NCBI GenBank assembly: GCA_950097015.1
Contig: CATNEN010000002.1
Location: forward strand, 5,518,001-5,582,000
DNA: 64,000 bases
Reading direction: 5' to 3'
Origin: Macrostomum hystrix
Lineage: Eukaryota > Animalia > Platyhelminthes
Part shown: positions 33,610 through 46,100 of the stretch, piece after piece
Layout of the letters: every line of letters starts with the position of its first letter
How positions within the stretch are numbered: position 1 is the stretch's first letter
Notes under the pieces: generated by a model
Seen by the model: only the letters and a program-made list of their open reading frames with translations
Told to the model about the DNA's origin: nothing
The model's database searches: none
Made by a program: the position numbers and the translations under genes

Positions 33610-36600
33610 TCAGAACAGGCCGGCCTTGCGCTTCATGTCGTTTCTCTTCCACTCCGGCAGCAGGTGGAACTGCCGCCTAGTCAGGCCCTTGAACACCTTG
33701 CCGAAGTCATCATCGGCCAGGTGATCCTCCAGCCGGCAGGGATCAGCATCCTTCGGCGGCGGCCTGGCCCGCAGGATCTCGTAGGCGTAGAGCCGCGGCG
33801 GCGCGGGGCCGGGGTTCAGCGGACTGGGCCTGAGGCCCAGAATGTCCGGGTAGGCGGCCAGGAGGTCCTCCTGTCGGCTGGCAGGTCGCCGATGACTACG
33901 CCCGGTTCCCAGCGGGAGGCTGGCCGACTTGCTGTGCTGTTGCTGACCGTTGAACGATCCGTCATTGTCGGCGTCGAAGTCACTGTCGGCGCCTGGCGGC
34001 TGCGGCGGTGGACCAAATGACAGCGGGACTCGAACTCGACTGCCGCGGCGCTGATTATGAATGGAATCCGCGTCCGAGTCATCGCGACCGCTGCCATTGC
34101 CTGCGAAGATTCAAAGGATCAGGAATACATATTGGTGACTTTGGTGACCTTGGGTCAGCTGATGTTGGTCAGGGCCAGGGGAAGCTAAAAAAACTCCCTG
34201 TGAGACAGGAAAGTCCAGGTGAGGTCAGGTAAGTCCAGGTGAGGTCAGTGAAATCCAGGTGAGGTCAGGTAAGTCCAGGTGAGGTCAGGTAAGTCCAAGT
34301 GAGGTCAGGTAAGTCCAGGTGAGGTCAGGTAAGTCCAGCTGAGGTCAGTGAAGTCCAGGTAAGTCCAGGTAAGTCTAGGTGAGGTCAGGGAAGTCCAGGT
34401 AAGGTCAGGTAAGTCTAGGTGAGGTCAGGGAAGTCCAGGTGAGGTCAGGGAAGTCCAGGTAAGTCCAGGTAAGTCTAGGTGAGGTCAGGGAAGTCCAGGT
34501 GAGGTCAGGGAAGTCCAGGTGAGGTCAGGGAAGTCCAGCTGAGGTCAGTGAAGTCCAGCTGAGGTCAGTGAAATCCAGGTGAGGTTAGGGAAGTCCAGGT
34601 GAGGTCAGGTAAGTCTAGGTGAGGTCAGGGAAGTCCAGGTGAGGTCAGGGAAGTCCAGGTAAGTCCAGGTAAGTCTAGGTGAGGTCAGGGAAGTCCAGGT
34701 GAGGTCAGGTAAGTCTAGGTGAGGTCAGGGAAGTCCAGGTGAGGTCAGGGAAGTCCAGGTGAGGTCAGGGAAGTCCAGCTGAGGTCAGTGAAGTCCAGCT
34801 GAGGTCAGTGAAATCCAGGTGAGGTTAGGGAAGTCCAGGTGAGGTCAGGTAAGTCTAGGTGAGGTCAGGGAAGTCCAGGTGAGGTCAGGGAAGTCCAGGT
34901 AAGTCCAGGTAAGTCTAGGTGAGGTCAGGGAAGTCCAGGTGAGGTCAGGTAAGTCTAGGTGAGGTCAGGGAAGCCCAGGTGAGGTCAGGGAAGTCCAGGT
35001 GAGGTCAGGGAAGTCCAGGTGAGGTCAGGGAAGTCCAGGTGAGGTCAGGTAAGTCCAGGTGAGGTCAGGGACGTCAAGGTGAGGTCAGGGAAGTTCAAAT
35101 GGGTCAAATGGGGTCTGGTAACATCTATTCGAGTCTGAGGGTGTCAGGTGAATGTATATAAAGTGACTTTTATCAGGAAAATATGCCTATATTTATCTAT
35201 CAGTTAGTTAAGTCTAAATATAGATCTATTTCTAGTTATTTTTAACTAAGAAATAGTGTGCTGTTCCAGACTTAGAAAAAAATTCGCACGGCGCACGAAG
35301 TTGAAAAATGTATCCAAAAACAGACTGTGCCATACACTTTCGCTTCTCCTCTACAGTATAAGTGCTAGCGAGCTAATCTATATAAATAGAATACCACAGA
35401 GAAAATCCATCTGTCTTAAAACAAAATCCACTTAGAAAAAATGAAGTCGAATCTAAAATTAGAGCAAGACAGCGAAGGAGAGCAGAAGTGAAAAAGAATC
35501 GAATAAATGAATAATTTTAGCATTTCAACTGCATATGATCTAGGGCAATGACCAATATGAAAATTATGACCGAAAAGGCAATGACCAACCCGAAATCCAG
35601 ACAGGAGAGTGGAAATGGCCTGAGCAAAAGCTAAGTGAGGAAAGTAGTGACGACCTTATGTAGGCTTTTAAAAAGAACAGAATAAAATGAACTCGACAAT
35701 GTCCTGGTGGTTGCCAGGCTGACTCACTCAGCAGCAGAGCAGCTCCCAGACCGCCGATTTCAATCTTGCCTTCGGCCAGCTCCTGTTCCAGCTTGCTGCG
35801 CCTCGGCTGCGGCCGACGCTCCTCGGAGTCGAAGCCGTTGCGGCCGCATTCCGGCCTGTCAGCCAGAATTCCATCGTCGGCGAGGCTGTCCCCGTCGGCG
35901 CCCCGATGCCGCCTGCCCAGTTCGGCTAGGAGCAGGCTGGAGAAGGCGGGCGCCGGCCAGTTGTCGCGCTCGATCGGCGCAGGCCGGCTGATGTCCGGCT
36001 TGGAGCCGCCCGGGTACAGGCTCAGCAGCAGCGGGTCGTCTCCGGGAGACGGCGACAGCGACCGAGGAGTTCGACGACCGCTGCCGCCTCCGCCTCGGGT
36101 GGAGCCGCCGGCGGTGACGGAGCCCGGGTGGGTGCTGCGGGACGCCAGGCTGGCTTGACGAGACGCCCTACCTGGCGGCAGGTGGAAATGGCGCGGACTG
36201 ATGCCGCTGACGCCAACGACGCTGCCGGCGATTGAGCCGCAGACGGAGGGGCTGGTGGTGCGACGGTAGCGATCATTGGGGTGGGTCCTCTGGTCGGCCT
36301 CCTGCTCCATGCTCAGGTAGGATCTGGCCAACAGGTGCGAGCCGAAGCTGATGGGAAATCGGCGATGAGGAATGGCGTAGCCGCCAGTGCCGACGCCGAT
36401 GCTGCTGTTGGCACCGCCGCCGCCAACGCCCGACTCTGACGGGCAGGAGAAACTGGTCGGACTGTGCTGATGCTGCAGGCTCAGGTGCTGCGGATAGGCC
36501 ATGGCGTGGCGCGGCAGCGGGGTGCTGCTAGCGGCCGCAGCCGAGTCCGAGTCCGTGGCCGCGTGCCCGTTGCCATTGGCAACAGAAGTGGCGTGGCCAG

Positions 36601-37354
36601 GCGGCCGGGACCAACCATCTGAGCCATTGCTGTCTTTCAGTTTCTCGCGCTGGGTGCAGGTCTTGCACAGGTAAAGCTGGTTAGACCAGAGCGTGACTCG
36701 ATCACCGGGCGCAAACGGTGTCTGGCAGCTCTGGCATTGGAAGCAGCGCGGATGGAATGTGCTGCCCAGGGCCGTGATCACCTCGCCTGTTGGCATTTGG
36801 GTGAAACTTCGTCATAGTCTATGGCTTTTAAGTTTTTAAGAAATATTTAAGTCGTTTGAGAAGTTTTTGAGTCGGTATAGAAGCATTCGAGCTGTTGGAA
36901 AAGCGTTTGAGTCGGTAAAGAAGAGTTTGAGTCGGTAAAGAAGGGTTTGAGTCGGTAAAGAAGGGTTTGAGTCGGTACAGAAGAGTTTAAGCCGTTGAAG
37001 AAGTGTTTGAGTCGGTACGGAGGCATTTGAGTCGGTACAGAAGCGCTTGAGCCATTTAAGAAGCATCATTATGTGCATTTGAAACAAACGAACCTGTAAC
37101 AGTAATTCGTGAAACAATAATCCGGTTCTCAACTCACCAGTGACATAGTCAGTGCAGATTCGGCATCTCACGCCAAACAGTTTCTGGTAATCATCCGGAC
37201 AGTAGAACTTGGCGTCGCGCACAAAGAAGCCGCCCTTCTCTAGCCCAACTGAGCAGGCGGCGCATTTGAAGCAGTCGCGGTGCATGTACTTCTCCTGAAC
37301 TCGCAGCACCTCGCCCTTGCAGCGCTTTTGGCAGGCCAGGCAATAGACTTTCAT
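33610..37354 (-). CDS. ABLIM: Actin-binding LIM protein (abLIM/UNC-115 family): two LIM domains plus villin headpiece, 3 exons, 588 aa
   Basis: Exons 37354-37138, 36786-35728, 34100-33610 (1767 nt). N-terminus CLACQKRCKGEVLRVQEKYMHRDCFKC...YCPDDYQKLFGVRC..C..YVTGEVITALGSTFHPRCFQC; PAPIERDNWPAP motif; C-terminal headpiece LYAYEIL...DPCRLEDHLADDDFGKVF...PEWKRNDMKRKAGLF*. Confidence 0.92.
34213..35095 (+). repeat. Minisatellite, 20 nt unit, abLIM intron 2
   Basis: AAGTCCAGGTGAGGTCAGG(G/T) tandem with a 240-nt higher-order duplication. Confidence 0.95.
36850..37060 (+). repeat. Degenerate 20 nt minisatellite, abLIM intron 1
   Basis: TTTGAGTCGGTA(A/C)AGAAG.G units. Confidence 0.8.
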
Positions 37355-40300
37355 GGCTTTGGCTTGCTTTACGCACTGTTGTCTTTACACTGGGATTATA
37401 GCTGAAGGTGGAGTTTTAATTGGAACAGAAAATTTAAGCTTCTAGGAGAGCCACAGTGCTGTGTTTGCTAATAGTTATATGCTCGATAGCTCGCCCACCC
37501 ACGGACAGACACGGAGAAAGGAAGGTGAGGTGGCGAACAATGCACACTCGAACACACACACACAGCCAACCCAGCGCTGCTATTCACCTCTTACACAATT
37601 GGCCACCAGCCAAACGCGAATAACAGCAAGTTCAAGCGCCGAAATAGAGGATTTCTAGTTCAAGGGGGTCAAGCGCGGGTCAGAGTTATGAAATGCAGCT
37701 GCTAAGAAATCCATCCTAGGAGAGAATTTCTTCTTTTTTTATTTACAAAAAAATGGCAGAGGGCGTTGCCGAGCTGTTACGCAACACACAAACACCTAAG
37801 CCCGAGCTGGAGCCTATTTCTAAGGTGGGAGGCTCGAAGTCTCACCTGATGCTAAAAATAGCAGCAGTTAGAAGATCTGCACAGCTCCAACCCAGCCCTA
37901 TAATAATAGTTGTTCAAATACAAGCTTTTCAGTGTAATTTAATATAGAATGTTCAGCTCTAAAACAAACCTGCATTCCCACATACTTAATTGGCCCGCCC
38001 ACCTGCGCACACACAAGCATGGCGAGCATAATTCAAGACTGATAATAAGCTAGCTGAGTTTCCACCAGGTAGACTAACAGGTTATTATTGTTGTCATGCA
38101 GAAACTAGCAATACCCTTACATTAGCATAAATAAACAGTTATTGTAGGAAAGAATTTTTTCAACTGTTGAATCATTCCTATAGTTGTTTACCAGTTGACA
38201 TCAGCCACTTTATCACTCAGGTCAATGGGAGCCTTAAAGAATTGGTTAGTTATTTTTACAATGACTAACAATAGCTTTGCAGTATGACTAAACAGAAGGG
38301 GTGAAGCAATCAACATAATTCGAAGTAAAGCTATAAACAATACAGCCAAAATAAGCTTTGGTCAATGAATTCAATTGTGGCAACTTCTGAACTAAATGGC
38401 TTTGTAAATTTAGCATAAAAAGTATCAAGTGTGTAAAGTGGATATTCCAAAGTGGTCCAAACAGATGCACTTCTACTACCAAATGTACCATGAAATGATA
38501 CAAAGGTTTGATTGTAAAATTTTGAAAACATGCTTATATAAAAACATTTTTACTTAAGCAAAATGTGCAAACTAAGAATAGAATTCTGTGATAGAATGAT
38601 TTTGGATTTGTCAAACCTATTGGGCAAATTCCAGTGACTATCAAAGCAAGGAACATCAGGTAATTGCTGATTACACTGGTTAAATTATATATTTTTACAC
38701 AAAATAGCTAAGCAAATAGATGAAGTAAAGTGACATTAGAATCTGTGACCCCTCAGACCTCACCCTACGAGCCTTTCTATTCTCTCTATCTGCCATAGCC
38801 CTAATCACCAAAGAGCTCTGCCACAGTGTGTCTAATACCCTCACCAAACTTAGCCACTCTCAGTGGTCAGGGAATAGGAAACATTGAACCTGTGGGCTCT
38901 TTTGTGATCACCTACTCTTAGAAAGAACTGTTTTTTTCCAAGTCCATTGTCAGGCATTTACTTGACAATGAGCTGCCTCAGGGACATGGCTAGGCTACAC
39001 TCTGCCGCCACCCCAGAGTCAACCACATTTTTACTGGTCTGTCCAGCAGCTTAAGGGCATTTCAGATATTAAGCTGTCAGTTAGCCTACAGCTTGGTCTA
39101 CAAACTGATATACTAGTAGTATATAAGTACCGCTACTTGATATCTTAGGGGTCAGAGGATCATGCCCTCACCTGCAAACATAGCATTGAGTGCTTCTAAT
39201 GACATGACAAGTTCAACTAGTGGCTCTGGGATATCTGGGAGAGAGCTAGAGAGAGAGAGTTGGTTTGTTAGAGCTCAAACCAATTGGCCTCTATACAGGA
39301 CTCTCACTACTTTGATGGCACTAAGAACAATGTGGTGGCCTTCAAGTGGGGGGTGGCAGTTGGCTTTGGATATGACTCTTGACTCATGTACACTTGCATT
39401 CCAAGTCTCCTTACATGCCTCTGCTGTCTTACACTATGCAGGCTGAAGCTGCTACCTTGCTTTTACACATTTCTTTTTACAAAGAAGTTAGAAAAACATG
39501 TTTGGATCTAGATTGCCTATATAGTTTTTTTAATTTCAATAGGATTGTATAATGAATTTAGCTAAATTATGCATTGTAACACAAAAGAATGCATAATATT
39601 TTGAATTTTTTGGGCATTTTCTTTCAAGAAGGCTTGCTTTTTTACTTTTGTACTTTTGTCACTTAAGTATGACTATTGTGATAAACACAAAGTAAAGTTC
39701 CTGATAGCATGACAAACAATCACTTGAGTCGTAGTATGGGGATCTCAAAATTAATTAATGGCAATACATGGGCCGATAGTAAAACTAAAAGAATCACTTA
39801 CAAAAAAATACTAGATATTTAGGACTTTGTGTTGCATATTAATTACAAGTCACAGTCACCAATTAGATAAAATAATTTTTTATCAGAATTTAAACATTCA
39901 ATCAGGAAATACGAGAAAATGAATATAAGCGAAAGCGATTATCCCAATATATCTCGATATATGAGCCACACTCAAATTGGCTAGTAAGTAACTTACTCTG
40001 CAAGTAACTTTCTAAAACATACCTTGCTAGGCCTAGTTATATCGATTCTTAATATATAATTTTTCCATCTTTAATTTCTAAAATATATAATATTTTAAGC
40101 GCTGATGGCTTAAGAATAAACGATATTTTTTTGACGTAAGCTTAATAGTAGAATCCTCTACCATGGCTCTTAGCACAAAAAAACTAGTTTTCAAAAAATT
40201 AAACTAGTTTTCAAAAGTTTAACTTTTTACATTCTCGTAAATTTTTCGAAATTACCTACGTATAGTTTTCTGTCGTTACAAGCTTATACCATAAAGAATT

Positions 40301-40789
40301 TTGAATTTCTTATATTATATGTTACTATACAAAGTTCATCTTGCAAAATGCATAGAAAGGTAGTAAAAAATTGTATGTTTGTTAAAATATACACTTCTCT
40401 GAAAATACTTGACTTTTAAATTTAGTCTTTTTTGCAATTACGAGCTACGCTACGCTAATCACTTGTAATGCTTCTTCATTTTTAAGCAACTAAGCCTTGC
40501 AACTAATTCCAAGCTACTATAAGTTTAAACTAGTTATTATCAATTTCAATCAAGTTCAATCAATCAATTTAATATATTTTAGAATAGAAGTGCTGATACT
40601 GCCAACATTATCCACATGGATTCATCAAAATTTTCAATAACGCATAACGCAAAACCATCCTAGGACTATGGTTTTCACATTATTAAACGTTAGTGATTTT
40701 AATAAAAGTTACTACTAGAACTAGAACTAGCATTCTTTTATGATATTCATTTTAATGCGTTTCTTAACAATAATAATATAATATAATGT

Positions 40790-40889
40790 AATAATAATTG
40801 CAGGAGGGCTGCGGACAGTGACACTTCATTTGGTGACATTAGACCCACAGCCAGCGAGGAGGCAATTCTGCCCATTTCGCTGACTCCTT
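40790..40889 (-). mobile_element. SINE family A, 3' fragment
   Basis: ATAATAATTGCAGGAGGGCTGCGG...CAGCCAGCGAGGAGGCAATTCTGCCCATTTCGCTGACTCCT, nearly identical to about 8823-8925. Confidence 0.8.
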
Positions 40890-43121
40890 ATATATGCCTT
40901 TGTCATCTTCAGTTAGGTTTCCAAAGTTTGGCATTGAGGCCTATATTTCTTATAAAATTGTCTCCCTGCTGTATGGACTCTAGTGACAGTAAGATAAAAT
41001 CCACTTTTTTATATTTATGAGGACACTTTGTGCAAATGCAAATCCTTTCATTGTAAGGAATTCTAGGTCTTACTCTCCATAATATTTCACATAATAAATG
41101 ATGATTTCTTAGATGAAAGTTTGATAGGATGCTCCTTCTTTTAGGTCATTCAAATGTCTCCATGGTAAAGTGAAGCTAATTACTGAATACTTCTTTTTTG
41201 TTGTAAAGAAAAAGGAGCCCACCCAGTTCTGAATGAGAGCCTTGATGTCAGTGTTTTGGTTTACCTAGAGAATAGCTTTACAATTCCTAAAATTTATTCT
41301 TTCAATTAGGCTTCTGTCTCATGGTCCATTGTTCCAAGACATAAAGGTTCCCCAAGCCTCTAATGTATATAGCACAATGCTTTCTATCATGGCTGTGCAA
41401 AATCTTAAATTTGTTTGAGTTTAAGCACTCAAAACACAGGCCATGACCTATCTGATTCCCATATATTAGGGTACCTAACAAGGCCTTTAGGCCCACCCTA
41501 TAATAAATGGAATTCAGATTTAAGAGGTTCTGATGCCTCTATTGAAGTTTAATCCTATTTCTTATTCACGCACAATTTACCCAACTCAAATTTACCCAAT
41601 TGCAATGTCCCACTTAATGTAGTATTCCTTTTTTGAGTGCCTAAAAGCAGTTTTTATAAAAAATAAAAGTAATCTTCAATAGGTCCCCTAGACTCTTTTG
41701 AAGTTTGATCCTATTTATTTTCTATTCCCCTAAACACAATTTAACTCCTAACCAAAATTTTGCTTCTCTAACCCCTAATTCCACATGTATATAATTTTAT
41801 TTTTTAACTCAGCACCCCTAAAACCCTTTATAGGCACAGAATTATGAACTAACTAAAACTGGAACTTTTTTATTTTAGTTATTAAAGTTTGAGAAGCCTA
41901 TGGTCCCTGCTATATTGTAGTAAATGATAGTAAATTGGCAAAAAAGCTTTAACCAAACATAAAATACCACTTCCTACAATTTCTGTGTTTCACTATCAAA
42001 AATAAGCAAAGGATAAATAGTTGCAAGGCTTCAGAACTTTTAATCACATTTTTTTTGTAGACACTAATTTCCTTCCCTAAATGAGATAAACTACATGGAT
42101 GGCTAGCATTAATTGATGAAACAGCACAGTAAGACAACACAATCCAAAAACCTCTTAATATTGTCTTCAGCACATATTTCATTGTATAATAGCACAAAGT
42201 ATAGACTCCACTAGTAGAGTAATTTATTAGATTCCAATATGAGACTGTATTAGTAAGACTATGCTCCAATAACAATATGCAAATTGTACGCTCCAAAACA
42301 ACTAGCCTAGTTATTGAGTGTAAAATCCACTTTTGGAGTCTTTGAGAAAGTCTGGCAGAACTATTTGACTGCTTGAGTAGTTTTCATTCATAGGTAGCAG
42401 CAGAAACAGTTGGTTACTTGCAGACTCTTCACTGAGTGCTGCTGAGACAGGCATTGATTTGAAATATTTTTTGTTTTGATAGCTGCTGAATTTAAAATGG
42501 CAAGCATTCTATCCCTTATTGGAATAATCTTGAAAACCTGTGGATGTGGACACACTTTAGAATTAAGAAGAATTGAGAAAGGTGTGCTTTGGCCTAACAC
42601 CAAGCACCAAAAACACAACACAATTTGTTTAACTGTTTTTGCCAATCCTTGGAGCCTAGTGCTGGCTGCCCATCAGTGTTTCACATTTCTTAGTTTGTAA
42701 AATGCATAATATTTAAACAAAAAGATGTTAAAATTATAATCTTAGCCAATATATAAGTAATTTAGTAATTTGTCCACTGCGGTATGTACTTAGAGTCCCA
42801 TTCCATTAGTTCCAGACATCTGTAGCATTGATATCAACATCAACATTGGCTGGCTTAGGTAGATTAGGTGACCTTAAAACTGACTGTTCAAGAACTAAAT
42901 CTGCTGTAAACAGGTGTTACAAGTGTGTAAATTCTATTTTCTAACTCTGTTACATAACACTTATACAACAGATAACTGCTCTTGGATACAAGAAATTATG
43001 CAATCTAACCAGCAGAACACATGTTTTCAATCCGAAATTAATTTTCAGCCGTTGTTTTTATTGCCTAATTAATCGAAAACAAGATAATTAGCCTAGGCCG
43101 GCCAGTCAGTACACTAGACTC

Positions 43122-46100
43122 ATGCTCAAGCGGTTATCTGGAGCCATTCGGTCGGGTCTGGCTGATCTAGATCGACCAGACGATGATGAAGAATTGACGT
43201 CTAGTGCCGGTTCCGGGATGCCAAAATATCCCTACTCCAGACCCTGCTTCCTCAGCCTATCGCTAGGCCCGGAGGATGTGACCGCACTGGCTGGCTACAA
43301 TGTCAGCCGGCCAATCCTGGTTGCTGGGGATAAATGTCCCCTGCCTGGCATGGCTGGATACGCGGAGTGAGACTTGGCCCTATTAAACTAACACCAAACT
43401 TATTACCCACGGCAATGTAATATTCCCATTCATTACCCACTGTGATATCCGTGACCATTGCCCACTGATCCCACTGTAATATCCGTGACCATTACCCACT
43501 TATCCCACTGTAATATCCGTGACCATTACCCACTGATCCCACTGTAATATCCGTGACCATTACCCACTGATCCCACTGTGATATCCGTGACCATTGCCCA
43601 CTGATCCCACTGTAATATCCGTGACCATTACCCACTGATCCCACTGTAATATCCGTGACCATTACCCACTGATCCCACTGTAATATCCGTGACCATTACC
43701 CACTGATCCCACTGTGATATCCGTGACCATTGCCCACTGATCCCACTGTAATATCCGTGACCATTACCCACTGATCCCACTGTAATATCCGTGACCATTA
43801 CCCACTGATCCCACTGTAATATCCGTGACCATTACCCACTGATCCCACTGTAATATCCGTGACCATTACCCACTGATCCCACTGTAATATCCGTGACCAT
43901 TACCCACTGATCCCACTGTAATATCCGTGACCATTGCCCACTCAATCAGGGCCATTAACGGTGGCAAAAGCCAGCGCAACGAGGACCAAGCGCAGGTGTG
44001 CCAGTTTTGGCTGTCTCCATCTGCGACTGACAACAATGGCTCCTCACCTGCTGGTGGCGTTGACCCGCCAGAGGGCATTGTGTACTCCAGTTTTGTGTGC
44101 ACTTTGGAAGATTGCAAAGCTGTGAGTTGGATACTAGGCAGTGCTAAGCCACGACCATGACTATGCTCATCCGTGAATATGCTCATCCATGACTATGCTC
44201 ATCCATGACTATGCTCATCTATGAGTATGCTCATCCACGACTATGCTCATCCGTGAATATGCTCATCCATGACTATGCTCATCCATGACTATGCTCATCC
44301 ATGACTATGCTCATCCATGACTATGCTCATCCATGACTATGCTCATCTATAACTATGCTCATCTATGACTATGCTCATCCATGACTATGCTCATCTATGA
44401 CTATGCTCATCTATGAGTATGCTCATCCACGACTATGCTCATCCGTGAATATGCTCATCCATGACTATGCTCATCCATGACTATGCTCATCCATGACTAT
44501 GCTCATCTATGACTATGCTCATCCGTGAATATGCTCATCCATGACTATGCTCATCCATGACTATGCTCATCTATGAGTATGCTCATCCACGACTATGCTC
44601 ATCCATGACTATGCTCATCAATGACTATGCTTATTCATGACAATTCTCATCCATGACTATGCTCATCCGTGAATATGCTCATCCATGACTATGCTCATCC
44701 ATGACTATGCTCATCTATGACTATGCTCATCTATGAGTATGCTCATCCATGACTATGCTCATCAATGACTATGCTTATTCATGACAATTCTCATCCGTGA
44801 CTACGCTCATCCATGACTATGCTCATCTATGAGTATGCTCATCCATGACTATGCTCATCAATGACTATGTTTATTCATGACTATGCTCATCCATGACTAC
44901 GCTCATCTATGCGTATGCTCATCCATGACTATGCTTATTCATGACTATGCTTATCCATGGCTATGCTCAACTACGAGTATGCCTATCCATGACTATGCTC
45001 ATTCATGACTATGCTTATCTATGACTATGCTAGTCCATGGCTATACTCATCCGTGACTATACTCATTTATGACTCCAACGCAAAATTTGGTCATCGCAGG
45101 CATCAGCAGTCAGGCAGCCGGGCAGCACCCTGGTGACCTACTTTGCCCTGTTTGATGGCCACGCTGGTGACGGCGCGTCAACTTACGCTCGGCACCGCCT
45201 GCAGTTGCATGTCCGGGTGAGTGTGATTACTTTATTTGTCTAGCCAGCAATGTCAAACCTATTTTCTATTTAAATACGCCAATTATGTTATTCAAAAGGA
45301 CCGACTTCAACAAGTGCATCATTTGTTGCTAAAATTCGCGACGTCTTCACCCGCAACTGGTAGCTCGAGCACCATCAGCTTCGACGAGCTGGTGACCGGT
45401 GCCCTGGAGAGCGCCTTCATCGCAATGGTGAGCACCAGGATGCGATTCAAAGCCTCCTGCTAATTTGGAGATTATAAAACAAATGCACAATCAGTTTAGT
45501 GGGAAATTCGAATGGAATTTTCAGTAAATAATAGGCTAAATTTCTGGATGAATATCGGGTTGCATAATGCTTCATCAAATCGGGATGAATTTCGTTATTC
45601 GGGATCGATTTCAGGTAAATATTAGGCGGGAATTTCAGTTAAAAATTCAGGATGCGTTTGAGATTCAACTTCAGGATGGGTTTGAGATTCAAATTCAGGA
45701 TGGGTTTGAGATTCAAATTCAGGATGGGTTTGGGATTCAAATTCAGGATGGGTTTGAGATTCAAATTCAGGATGGGTTTGAGATTCAAATTCAGGATGGG
45801 TTTGGGATTCAAATTCAGGATGGGTTTGGGATTCAAATTCAGGATGGGTTTGAGATTCAAATTCAGGATGGGTTTGGGATTCAAATTCAGGATGGGTTTG
45901 AGATTCAAATTCAGGATGGGTTTGGGATTCAAATTCAGGATGGGTTTGAGATTCAAATTCAGGATGGGTTTGGGATTCAAATTCAGGATGGGTTTGAGAT
46001 TCAAATTCAGGATGGGTTTGAGATTCAAATTCAGGATGGGTTTGGGATTCAAATTCAGGATGGGTTTGGGATTCAAATTCAGGATGGGTTTGAGATTCAA

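Noticed and set aside
35707-36276. Plus-strand and alternate-frame ORFs over abLIM exon 2 (similarly over the RXR and methyltransferase exons)
   Set aside because: Shadow ORFs of GC-rich coding exons.
38000-43000. Short ORFs in the AT-rich region between abLIM and PPM1H
   Set aside because: No recognisable motifs, AT-rich codons and no supporting splice structure.
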